Shown here: positions 38,030-49,477 of the stretch, one piece after another
Numbering within the stretch: the stretch's first letter is position 1
Layout of the letters: each line of letters begins with the position of its first letter
Assembly (NCBI GenBank): GCA_047967505.1
Contig: CM106538.1
Reading direction: 5' to 3' (one strand)
DNA length: 64,000 nt
Origin: Dipteris shenzhenensis
Taxonomy: Eukaryota
The notes under the pieces: generated by a model
Databases searched by the model: none
What the model was told of the DNA's origin: nothing
What the model saw: the letters and a program-made list of their open reading frames with translations, nothing else
Position numbers and translations under genes: made by a program

Positions 38030-39873
38030 TTGCCTTTCTTCGCACAATACCCTCCAAGAAAGACTACACCACCTTGTCGTAAGCCTTCTCAAAATCCAAG
38101 AGAAGGATAGCCAAAGACAGTGACTCCTTCGTAGCCCAATCCACTACCTCCCAGATCGTGAAAGTCTAGTCCAAGATGATGCGCTCCTGAGCAAAGCCCG
38201 TATGCATGTCATGGATGATGTCAGTGAGATGAGGTCGTAACCGCAAACTAAGACCTTGGCAAGGATCTTGTGTGCGGTGTTACGCAAGGTGATTGGTCTC
38301 CACTGTCGAATGTCTGGCCTATCTCCTCCTTCCAAGATCAAATAAATCCACCCGCTGCTCAAGGACTGAGGAAGGTGGCTCGTGTCGAAGATCTCCAGGC
38401 AAGCTAATTGAAAAGGGATGGAAATGATCTCCCAAATATTCCGAAAGAAGGCCGTCCCAAAGCTCCTCACCCGTGAAAAGCTCTTCAAACTCCTACAAGA
38501 CTACCATCAGAACATGGTCCCAAACTAGCTCACAAGCCACAAGGCAAGCTAGAGTCATCCTCTTCGCCTGAAAGAGATGGCTCTAGAAAACCGTGGTCAA
38601 CTCTACTGTGGATCCATGTGCATAATGCCCTGCGGGTCTCATAACATTGTGACTACGGGCCTACCAATTGAGGTCCAATGGTTTGAAAGAACTGCTTCAC
38701 CATCTTGTCCCCCTATTGTAGCCAACGTACCAGTGGAGTGGTAGGAGAACTCAACCCGCCGAACCTTTGTGTCTTGGAGCTCAAGGCACGCGCTCTCGTA
38801 CTGGTTGGGGGGGGGGAGGGAGCCCGACCTTGACCGCATGGGCAATCTCTAGCCAAATGTCCCATCTACCTATAACGAAGACACTAGCCTGGTAACCCAA
38901 AAATCTCCACTCGAAGAAGTGTATCTCCCTCAAGGATCTCGAGGAGGATCAACTCTAGGAGGGACTCTAACTCTCGACCACCAATCTAATTCTCGAGACC
39001 CTATCGTCTGCCACCACTGAAGCTACCGAATCTAGCGAGGACTCCGGCACCGTACCAAACAGCTCTACAAATGGAGGGTAGGATGGCTTTGTATTCCTTT
39101 GGAAGCCCCGAGAAGCGGAGCGTAACCGGGAGTCAGGAAACATGGTGTGTCAAGATCATGTCCTCCACTATAAAGCCATGGTACCAAAGAAAGAGGTACA
39201 TCAAATGCGAGCTAAGAAGAATGGGACTTTGCTCCAGGCGATGGCGAGGGAGCTCAACTGGATGAGAAAGACGCCTCTTCCATAGATGGTGACCTCCTGA
39301 ATGTGGTCGCCCTCTAGCGCCAAGCTTGCCTTGATCCACTCTCACATGTCGCCTTGTGTGGGTAAGGCCCATGATTCTGCCTACCATTGCCTTCTCCTGA
39401 GACTAAACTGCATGCTGCACCTATTGCTTGTCAGCTATAGAAAGAATGACCTTAACGGCTGTGGGATTCGAGGGTGCTGCCATAAAGCGCCTCTCGCCAG
39501 ACCAAGGGCCACCACCAAGGTTTCTTTTCCAAGACAAAGCACAAAACTCGCCGCTGCTATAGGAAAGGGAGAAAGGAAAAAAGGCTAGATTGCAAGTACT
39601 CCAAGGGCTCACGAGGTTTGGTACAAAGCCAATGTCGAACTAGGAGCAGCTCGGGCTGCTTCCCAAGAAGCACCGCCTGGAAGAGGCAAGTTTACATCGT
39701 ACACGGGCTCCATGAGTAGAACCAAAAGGCTTCCCACGAAACTAGGGGAGCTCGCAACCTATGGACAACATCACCAACAAAGGAAGGAGGGACCGACGAG
39801 TGAAGAATCGCAGGGAGGAAGAAAAAGGAGAGAAGGACGAAGGGGAGGCAAGAGAGGCGGGAGATAGGAAGGA
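38030..39873 (-). mobile_element. L1-type LINE fragment, same family as 28205-33400
   Basis: ORF 38144-38488: FFRNIWEIISIPFQLACLEIFD..LILEGGDRPDIRQWRPITLRNTAHKILAKVL. The ELQDTKVRRVEF segment matches ELQDLEVCSVEF in the first LINE. Confidence 0.8.
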
Positions 39874-42800
39874 TGTCACCACAATGTAAATATCCAAAGT
39901 CAAAGTACAATTGACCATTTATTTGATCATAATTAAAGAGTTTTATATGTGCTAATTATGGTCAAAGAGTTCTTTTAATGGTCAAAGAATTGACTACGGT
40001 CAAAGATACTTGACTCTAGTCAAGTAAACCTGACCTCGGTCGGGGAGACTTGGTCTATTACCAAGAGGGTTAACTACAGTTAACCAAAGAACTACAAAGT
40101 TGACTACGGTTAGAGAGTGTTGACTTCGGTCAACGAGACTTGGCATGCGCCAAGAGGATTAACCATGGTTAACCAAGATGTGCCAACTTCGGTTGGAGAG
40201 ACTTGGCTATAATTAAGGCACCTCAACCCTTGGTCAAAGCTCCTTAATTATGATCAAGAGCGTTGACTTCGATCAACCAGAGAATAAATATATATTTTTA
40301 TATTTGTTATGTGTGCACATGTGTTCAGTGGGAACGCTCACCATGACTGGAGCTAGTCCACAATGTGTTGTTTGCATGCAAAGCGCTAACAATTAATGGG
40401 TGCCATGGTGGTGCGCTTTAATTAATTGTTACAGGTACTAAGAAGAGTTATTTTCCTAAGCGCTACAGGAACCTAAAAAGAGTCTGAGAGGCGGTTCACG
40501 TGACCAAGTGCTTCGAAGACTCCAAGGTTGCCCTTAGTGGCATGTAATTAGGAAAGTAATATAGAAATCGGCAAGTGGCTTGTTGCCAAGAAAGGAAGCC
40601 TGAGAGCTCATGCAATGATTCATTCATTCACATTTTGGATTTTCATGTACGACAGCTCTACGCTGAACTATGTACTTCATCTTCTCTCACGTAATAAAAT
40701 CCTTCGGGGGGGTCCAGCCCGACTGTTGTCCTGAGCCCTAGTGTCTCTGTTGAGAGAGGGAGAGAGGGAAAGAAATGAGAGTGTCTCTGCTTTCCTTTTC
40801 GAGGGAAGGTTCCATTGGTATCAGAGCCAAGGCTCATGGCCTTCCTAGGCTGTGACGATCTAGTGAGGAGGCAATAGTGGCTAACAGACAGAGATAGCGC
40901 AAAGAGTTCAGTTCTGGATCGTATGCTGAAGCTAGACTATACGCAAGTGTGAATGAAGGCAAAGCGTACGGTGACCCGAGGCAAGATACGTTGGTGATGG
41001 CGTGGGCACAAGGGGTGCTGGTTGGTAGGCCTAGGGCCTCATGTCTATGACGGCATGAGGACGCCTCTAACGGAGAGTCAAAGCAAATGGAAGCAATCAA
41101 ATTGCCAAGGAGCGAAGTAACTGCTGGGTATCGCGTGAATGCTCAAAGTGATTTTTGGCTTCCTGTGTCATTTTGCATACCTTGGTGAAGGCGATAGCGC
41201 TCGAGGAGGCTATGCTATGGCGAATTGTTGAGCAAATGGTTTCATTGCGTGGGTGATCCCGTTATATATTTGCGCAACTATCGGCGAGGCTTCCATGAAG
41301 GCATATATGGAGCAAGCCCGTGGCTCGATGGAAGATTCATAACGGAGATTAGTTGCGTTGGTTACGTTGAGTGCTAACGGAAGCTTTCTTCCTTCTTTTC
41401 TCGTCGGACGTGAAGGCGCGATCGCAAAGCTCTAGAGAATTCCGTCGTCTGCGCATATTTTCTCAGCCAGTTTATGCCTAAACAATTTAGTGATCATGTT
41501 CTTCAAGATTGGGACACTTTGCATATGGATGCAAGAGATACAGTGGATGTGTACAACCAAAAGTTTTGGGATGCTTATTTGCAGGTTGCACCTTTCAAAA
41601 AGATCTCCAAAGGAACCCAAATGAGAAAGTACAGAGCAGGTCTCAGTCCAAGAATCCAGGCAATAGTGAATGCTTTGGGGGCAAAGAACATTCAAGACCT
41701 TATGCATTCAGCTTCAATAGCTAGTCTTGTGCCATTACAAGATCCATCTACAATACTATCCTTGCATGCAGGACGTGCTGAAAGAAAGAAAACTGATTTT
41801 TCAAAATCAAAAAAGAAAGAGTATCCCAAGGTTGAAAAGAAAGGGTTTCAGCCTCAGACGCCGAGGGGTACTCAGTTTTCAAAGACTTATAAAGGCAAAT
41901 CTCCATTCACTCCTGAACAGATAGCTGAGTTTCGCAGAGATGGGAAATGCTTTAAGTGTGGGAAAGAGGGGCATGTGGCTGCCCAGTGCCCAGAAAAGCC
42001 TTCAACTTTGAAGGGAAAAGAGGCAGGGAAGCCACGGGGACTGCAAAAGCCAATGGCAGGAGGAATTCCTGACATACTGGGTCATGTTTCAAACCCAGAA
42101 GAACGATAATTCTTGCTATCATGGGGCAGAGACCAGCAAGCGCTAATTTTATTTGATCCAAGGGCTACTGATAATTTCATATCAAAGGACCTAGCCCTGA
42201 GGCTGGGTATAAAGACGGAGAAGTTGGGCAGGGCTTTGGATGCCGATCAGATGTTCTGTGGAAACCCTGTGCCAATCACTCCCTTGATAGGGAAGCTCCG
42301 TCTTCATATACAGAGTTATGTGGATCAGGAAGACTTCTTCATTTCTCCACTGAAACATCATGATGTAGTCTTGGGTATGCCTTGGTTTCATCGCAAGGCA
42401 GTGAAGTTGACTCTTCCTCAAAGAGTGTTGGAGTTACATAGGGGCAAAGAATATCGTGTGGTTGCTAGGAATAGAGGGAAAACTATTCTCATTGTATCAA
42501 ATAGTTCTGTTGGAAAAGAAATAAAGTCTGCAGTTTCAGCTTACATGATTATTGTAAAAGAGAGAGATGTGGAAATGTATGCTGAAACAAGTGAGGCAGA
42601 TCAGAATAAATTTGAGTTTATTGAAAATTTTAAAGATTGTTTTTCTGACGCTTTGCCAGGGGAGCTACCACCTGAGAGACCTGAGGATCATGGCATGGAA
42701 CTCATTCCTGGAAGCGAGCCACCCAATAGGCCCCCATACAGAGTTAGTGCAACTCAACGAGAAGAGATTATGACTCAGGTGCAGGACTTGTTGTCCAAGG

Positions 42801-45800
42801 GGTTGATTCAGCCCAGTTCTTCTCCTTTTTGTTCCCCTGTACTGCTAGTACAAAAGAAAGATGGCTCATTCCGTATGTGCGTCGATTACCGCGCACTAAA
42901 CAAAATGACCATCAAGCATAGATTCCCTATTCCGCGCATTGATGATGTGCTGGATCAGTTAAATGGAGCTTCAGTTTTCAGCAGGATAGACTTAAAGAGT
43001 GGCTATCACCAAGTGAGGATACTACCTCATGATGTGCACAAGACAGCGTTCTGCACTGCTTCTGGGTTGTATGAATATCTGGTGATGCCTTTTGGATTGA
43101 CCAATGCCCCAACTACCTTCAATAGGATGATGGATCGTATCTTCCGACCCTACACACAGTTCACTGGTACCTTCTTCAATGACATAATTGTCTTTTCTAA
43201 GTCCGAAGAAGAGCACAAGGAACATCTTGCTAGAGTGTTTCAAGAGCTGAGAAATCATCAGCTCTATGCAAACAGCAAGAAAAGTGAATTCTTCCTTGAA
43301 TAAATCCATTATCTGGGGCATATAATATCGGAGAATGGGATACAGATGGATCCATGCCATTCAGGAATGGCCAGAGCTGAAAACTGTGCATGAAGTTCGA
43401 AGTTTCCTAGGCCTATGTTCTAACTACAGAAGGTTTATCAGGCATTTTGCGGATATAGCCGCTCCACTCCACGACCTTACTAAGAAAAATGCAGCTTTCA
43501 GATGGGAAATTCCTCAAAACACAGCCTTCGCCACACTCAAGAAGAGACTGACTACAAAGCCAATCTTAATCGTTCCAGATTTGTATCAACCATTTGATGA
43601 GGATTGTGATGCTTGTGGGGAATGTGTTGGGGCTGCATTGCATCAGAATGGTCATGTAGTGGCTTATGAGAGCAAGAGACTCCGAGATGCAAAAAGACAT
43701 CTGGGAATCTATGAGAAAGAGTTATTGGCTGTAATTCATGCCATCCATACATGGAAGCACTATCTTTTGGGTGCAGATTTTACTATTAAAACAGATCACC
43801 AAAGTCTGAGATACTTTTTGACTCAGACCAAGCTTTCCGAGAAGCATATGAAATGGGCAAACATGGTGTCAATGTATTATTTTCAGATTGTCCATACCCC
43901 AGGAATTCGGAACAAAGTGGCAGATGCCTTGTCCCGAAGACCCCAGGTCAATAATGTGACTATTGCTCATCATCAGGACCTAGAAGGCATGAGGGAGCAA
44001 TATGCTAGTGATGCAGATTTTGGTGAGATTTTACAGCAAATGCAAGAGGGGCAATCCACCAGTCACTATTGCCTGAAAGATGGGTATCTAATGAAAGATG
44101 ATTGCCTATGCATCACCCAGGAGATGAGGAAAAAGATTTTGGAGGAATGCCATGCACCTCCCTATGCTGGACACAGAGGAATTACAGCAACAACTCTAGC
44201 ACTAGAGAGGTATTTCTTTTGGCCAAGGATGCGGAAAGATATACCTCAATTTGTTACTTAATGCCTTAGGTGTCAGAAAGTGAAGTATGATAGACGGAAG
44301 GCACCTGGCCTACTTATGCCTCTTCCCGTGCCTCAGGCACCATGGGAAAGTATTACAATGGACTTTATTTTTTATTTGCCAAGATCAAAGTCAGGGAATG
44401 ATGGGATTTGGACTATCATTGATAGATTCAGCAAGCAAGCTCATTTCATTCCGGTTCGCAAAACCATAAAGGCAGATCATATGGCTAAGCTTTTCATGGC
44501 ACAGATCTTTAAGCATCATGGTATGCCTAAGTCCATTGTTAGTGATCGAGATCCCAGAATGACCAGTCTATTCTGGAGAGCTTTATTTGATTACATGGGG
44601 ACGAATCTGAATTTTTCTTCTTCTTTCCATCCCCAGACAGATGGTCAAAGTGAAGTAGCAAATTCCACAGCATTGGATATGCTGAAATGCTACGTGTGTG
44701 ACCAAGGTTCAGACTGGGAAAAGTACCTACCATTGGTAGAGTTTGCTTACAATAATACAGTACACAGCTCTACAGGGAAAGCCCCCTTTGAGGTCATTTA
44801 TGAGAAGGTGATTCTGCCACCTATCCTGAGGACCAAGGATGAAATATTTGCAGCTGATCAGTTTGTGAGAGACCTCACGACAGCTTACAGCCAAGTCCGG
44901 ACAGCAATCGAAAGGTCTCAAGAGAAACATAAAAGAGCTGCAAATAAGCATAGGAGACAGTTAGATCTCAAGGAAGGGGATTGGGTACTTTTGAAGTTTG
45001 AAAAAGCTAGGCTCCGCAAGTTTAAGGGCAAACAGAAAGTGTATGCAAAGTTATCTCCCAGATACTATGGCCCTTTCAGGGTTACAAAAAGAATAAATGA
45101 GGTTGCATACAGGTTATCATTGCCAGAGCATTGGAGGATTCACAATGCATTCCATGTGAGTCTTCTAAAGAAATTCCAGGGGCCAGAGCCTTCAGAGCCA
45201 GTATCAGAGGATCCCCCTGAAGTGGATGAGCTAGAGGAGGTCCTTCAGCCAAAGCAAATTGTGTACCATACCGTACGCAAAGGCCCTCAGGGCAAGGAGT
45301 TTTACAAGTATCTTGTAAAATTCAAGAATTATACGGCATTAGATGCCAAGTGGATGGACGAAGACATGTTATCCGATCATCCACAACTTTTGGATGTTTA
45401 CAAGGAAGCTTTTCAGTTGAGGTCAACTAAATAGAAGCCAAGGGGATGTCACCACAATGTAAATACCCTACGTCAAAGTACACTTGACCATTTATTTGAT
45501 CATAATTAAAGAGTTTTATATGTGTTAATTATGGTCAAAGAGTTCTTTTAATGGTCAAAGAATTGACTACGGTCAAAGATACTTGACTCTGGTCAAGTAA
45601 ACCTGACCTCGGTTGGGGAGACATGGTTTATTACCAAGAGGGTTAACTACGGTTAACCAGAGAACTACAGAGCTGACTACGGTTAGAGTGTTGACTTCAA
45701 TCAACGAGACTTGGCATGCGCCAATAGGGTTAACCACAGTTAACCAAGATGTGCCAACTTCGGTTGGAGAGACTTGGCTATAATTAAGGCACCTCAACCC

Positions 45801-46379
45801 TTGGTCAAAGCTCCTTAATTATGATCAAGAGCGTTGACTTCAATCAACCAGAGAATAAATATATATTTTTATATTTGTTATGTGTGCACATGTGTTCAGT
45901 GGGAACGCTCACCATGACTGGAGCTAGTCCACAATGTGTTGTTTGCATGCAAAGCGCTAACAATTAATGGGTGCCATGGTGGTGCGCTTTAATTAATTGT
46001 TACAAGTACTAGGAAGAGTTATTTTCCTAAGCGCTACGGGAACCTAATAAGAGTCTGGGAGGCGGTTCGCGTGACCAAGTGCTTCGAAGACTCCAGAGTT
46101 GCCCTCAGTGGCATGTAATTAGGAAAGTAATGTAGAAATTAACAAGTGGCTTGTTGCCAAGAAAGGGAGCCTAAGAGCTCATGTAATGATTCATTCATTC
46201 ACGTTTTGGATTTTCATGTATGAACAGCTCTACGCTAAACTTCATCTTCTCTCAAGTAATAAAATCCTTTGGGGGGGTCCAGCCCGACTGTTGTCATGGT
46301 CCCTAGTGTCTCTGTTGAGAGAGGGGGAGAGGGAAAGAAATGAGAGTGTCTCTGCTGTCCTTTTCCAGGGAAGGTTCCA
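39874..46379 (+). mobile_element. Ty3/gypsy chromovirus LTR retrotransposon, near complete
   Basis: LTRs 39874-40814 and 45447-46379 (TG..CA, about 95% identical by eye); TSD AAGGA (39869-39873)/AAGAA (46380-46384); PBS 40816-40827; PPT AGAAGCCAAGGGGA before 45447. Confidence 0.97.
41474..45434 (+). pseudogene. Ty3 gag-pol: gag zinc knuckle, protease, RT, RNase H, integrase, chromodomain
   Basis: [62 protein letters not shown] (catalytic D->N); DCDACGECVGA; WESITMDFI, HPQTDGQSE, YYGPFRV; YLVKFKNYTALDAKW. Stops at 42107, 43301 and 44259, and a frameshift near 43350. Confidence 0.96.
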
Positions 46380-46810
46380 AAGAAGGTGACAAGGCGATGA
46401 GGAGACAGAACAGAGACGGGGGGAGATGGAATGGAGGCGAGGTGGAGACGTAGGAGAGAGGTGGATGAGGCGGAGGGATGGTGGGTGAAGGTGTGGTGAA
46501 GGCAAGAGCAGAGGCAGGAGCAAAAGCGGGCGAGACGAGGCGAAGGAAGGGAGAGGAGATGGTGGGAGGTGGAGAAGAGAAGGCGGAGGGAAAGGGAGGA
46601 CGGGAGGTGAAGAAGAAAAGGAGGCGGGAGGTGAAAGAGGATACGGCAGGGGGTGGAGGAAGAGAAGGCGAGGGACGGAGAAGTGGGAGGCGGAGAAGGG
46701 CTAGAGGCAGAGGAGATGACGGGAGACGAGGAGGCTGCAGGCGGAGAAAGAAGGCGAGAGGAGAAGACGGTTGAGGCGAGGGAGGGGGTTGGAGCAGCTC
46801 GAGAGCAGGT
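46380..46810 (+). repeat. Purine-rich (GA) low-complexity tract, continuous with 39780-39873 before the Ty3 insertion
   Basis: Strongly G/A-biased on the plus strand on both sides of the Ty3 element. Confidence 0.8.
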
Positions 46811-48785
46811 GCAACAATCAAACAACATCCTGAGAATGATTGGATTGGTTGTAACATCATATGTTGCTATATCCATCACAGATGAATGCGACCATGATTT
46901 AGCTTCTAAGAAGCACCAATTAGTACAATTAGTAAAAGTCAAAGTTAGTACACTTAGGGCATTAAGTCCTCAATTGTTGGGCTAGTCAACATGTGCAAGT
47001 GCTTGCCACATTCGAAGCATCACTACTGACACAAAATTGACCTCATAAACCTAGATGCCCTACATCAAAATCAGCCAGCACAAGCTCAATTTAATGGCAT
47101 CTGATGTTAGGCTATTGACCGAGTTACCACAGTTTTTGAGCCAAATATGCAAGCGAATATAAGCAAATAATAGGCAGCACGTGCGTAAAACGCATTAATG
47201 GCTGAGAAGAGCCCCAAAATGCGTGAATGCATGATGGGAGGGTTGCAACATCTCCTTTTCGCAAGTATCTACAATAATTACGAGCGACAAAATACCTTAT
47301 GCCAACTTGCCATATAGGTTGCAAATGCAAAATTCGTAGAAAAGGGTAATGCTGACAACCTTGTTTTCGTTTATCTTGCATCTAGAGCCAATGAGTGATC
47401 CTTTTGTATTGCAATTGTTACCTACGCAATTTCGTGTCCAAATGACCAAAGAACCCCTTGATCCGTACCTCTCCTCCACCAAATATCTTTCTCGATGCTC
47501 ACGTCCCTCCCTCTAAGCCCCCTTCTAGGCAAGCTTGCAACCTATAACTACTAAATCCACTCTCTTCATCTTTAGAATAAAAATGATGGAGACTTATGGG
47601 CCAGCTCACTACTTCCAGTGACCAACTTTCATTTTCATCTCATTAAAGTTATACATGGGCATTGCTATGGAAGAACTTTGCGAGCCACTTCCACTTGGTG
47701 CAAACAAACCTCAACCTTTAACCCGCAGGCCCACCCAAGGAATCACATGAAGAGCAAGTTTGCCCCCCTCCACCCTTTCTACATAACCAATTATGACTTC
47801 ATAAACAACCATAGTTATAAAATGTGACTAAGAATGTGCCTCAGCACAACAAAATCACACATCCGACTTACAACCTTCCCTCTCGAACTGGCTAAGACAC
47901 CAACGTAAATGTGGAGAAAGTCATTAACTGATGTAATAAACACTCCGAATGATCCGAAGTAACCTCACAGTATGAAGTTGCTGAAAGCATCCTTGGTAAC
48001 CAGATCATTGTAAAGTCCCTGGTCATCCCCAACTTGAAAATCCATGACATGCTCCCCCTCGGGAACCTTAGGATCAATCGCATCTGCCATGAGGGTTTTG
48101 TGGCAGAGAAAAGAAGGGGCTGAAGCTGAATTTGAAATGGAAAATCAGCCTAGGGAAGAGAAGACAGCAGCGGGGATTGCGTTGGTAACCAAGCAGCAAA
48201 CTAGGGGCTGCCACAAATAAGAGGAAAGAGGCAAATCAGCAAGGCTGATAAAGAGGGACAGGGGCAAAATAACTTGGCTATGGAGCTGGCAAAAATTTGG
48301 CCTGGCTGATGGAAATCGTTGAAAGAGAGGCTGATCACAAGATCCTGACACAGCAATACTAGATAAAATTGTGAATCGAGGGTGTATTGAATGTATTGGA
48401 ATGTCCAATAGTACGAAACATAACTTTTTGAAAAAGCCACAATCAAAAATCCATATATTTTCCATTCATACACATGGAAGCCAAAGTTCCTCAAACTCAA
48501 GAAATACACGAGGCAGCTCAAGGGAAGAAGGACATGGTCATGAAATGTTTCAACATTTTGGAGTTGTAAATTGTCCACAGGGGTTCCGAAACATGTTTCC
48601 AGCCTCGGAACAGCTATATTATCACCCCTTATAGAGACACTCTATGAGCCTTTGCTACCAAGGGGTGGCTTTGAGAAGCTTTATATTTACGGCCAAAAAA
48701 GCAAGTATTGAGTAGCTCTAGATCATTTGCCCAATTTTGCTGGTCCATTCTTGTCTTTGGGTAGATGTAAAAGTAACAACTAGAG

Positions 48786-48804
48786 GACACAGACAGACAG
48801 ACAG

Positions 48805-48833
<29 letters not shown>
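48786..48833 (+). repeat. (GACA)n(CA)n microsatellite
   Basis: Read directly. Confidence 0.95.
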
Positions 48834-48835
<2 letters not shown>

Positions 48836-48997
48836 AATACGATAAAAAATGAAGAACCAGAGAGAACCGGAGCAGGAGGGCCAAAGAGAACACCATTCAG
48901 CAAATTATCCATCTGATATACAGAAGCTGAAAACTAAACAAAATGGTTTTACCTGTGTTTAGAGCACAACTGAATCACAAGACGCTCCTCTTCGATG

Positions 48998-49477
48998 TCA
49001 TTTACTTCGTCGGAGCTGCTTGACAGCATTCCTGTCAGATCTTGCCAGAGAGGCAGCACTTTTGCTGGACCCAGCATACGAGTGATCCAATGATCTAGAC
49101 TTCTGAGAATCTTGCCACGTTTCCTTGGTGCCGTCTGCAGACTTTAAGCTATCCCCAGATGAATCAACTGGCTGTCCACCCACTCTGTCACAGCCAGATT
49201 TAGTATTGCCCAAGGCCTGCCGAATCTCAGTTGCTGCTGAATATTTGGCTTCAGTTTCCCCATCCTGAGGTCCACTTTTAATTAAACCAGACGACCTTGG
49301 AGCCCTCAATAATCCAGAACCTCTACTTGAAGGAGGTGCAAAGGTAGTTCGAGATGAAGCAAGAAGACTTTTCACATTTGAGGTACTCATGCTTACAAAA
49401 CAGCCTCGGTCTTTCGCATCAGCAATGAGAGCAGCCCAATCCTCTGACTGAACTAGTGCAGCCGCATTACCAACCAC
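48998..49477 (-). CDS. Helicase exon 8 (terminal coding exon)
   Basis: Acceptor TTACAG|GTG; VVGNAAALVQSEDWAALIADAKDRGC; TGA at 49000-48998. Confidence 0.92.
   Translation of the reverse strand: MVGNAAALVQSEDWAALIADAKDRGCFVSMSTSNVKSLLASSRTTFAPPSSRGSGLLRAPRSSGLIKSGPQDGETEAKYSAATEIRQALGNTKSGCDRVGGQPVDSSGDSLKSADGTKETWQDSQKSRSLDHSYAGSSKSAASLARSDRNAVKQLRRSK

Noticed and set aside
46235-46985. Overlapping long ORFs (235, 185 and 110 aa)
   Set aside because: Artefacts of a GA/CT low-complexity tract with few stop codons
48913-48952. 40-nt 3'-UTR intron using the nearby TATCAG acceptor
   Set aside because: Shorter than typical plant spliceosomal introns
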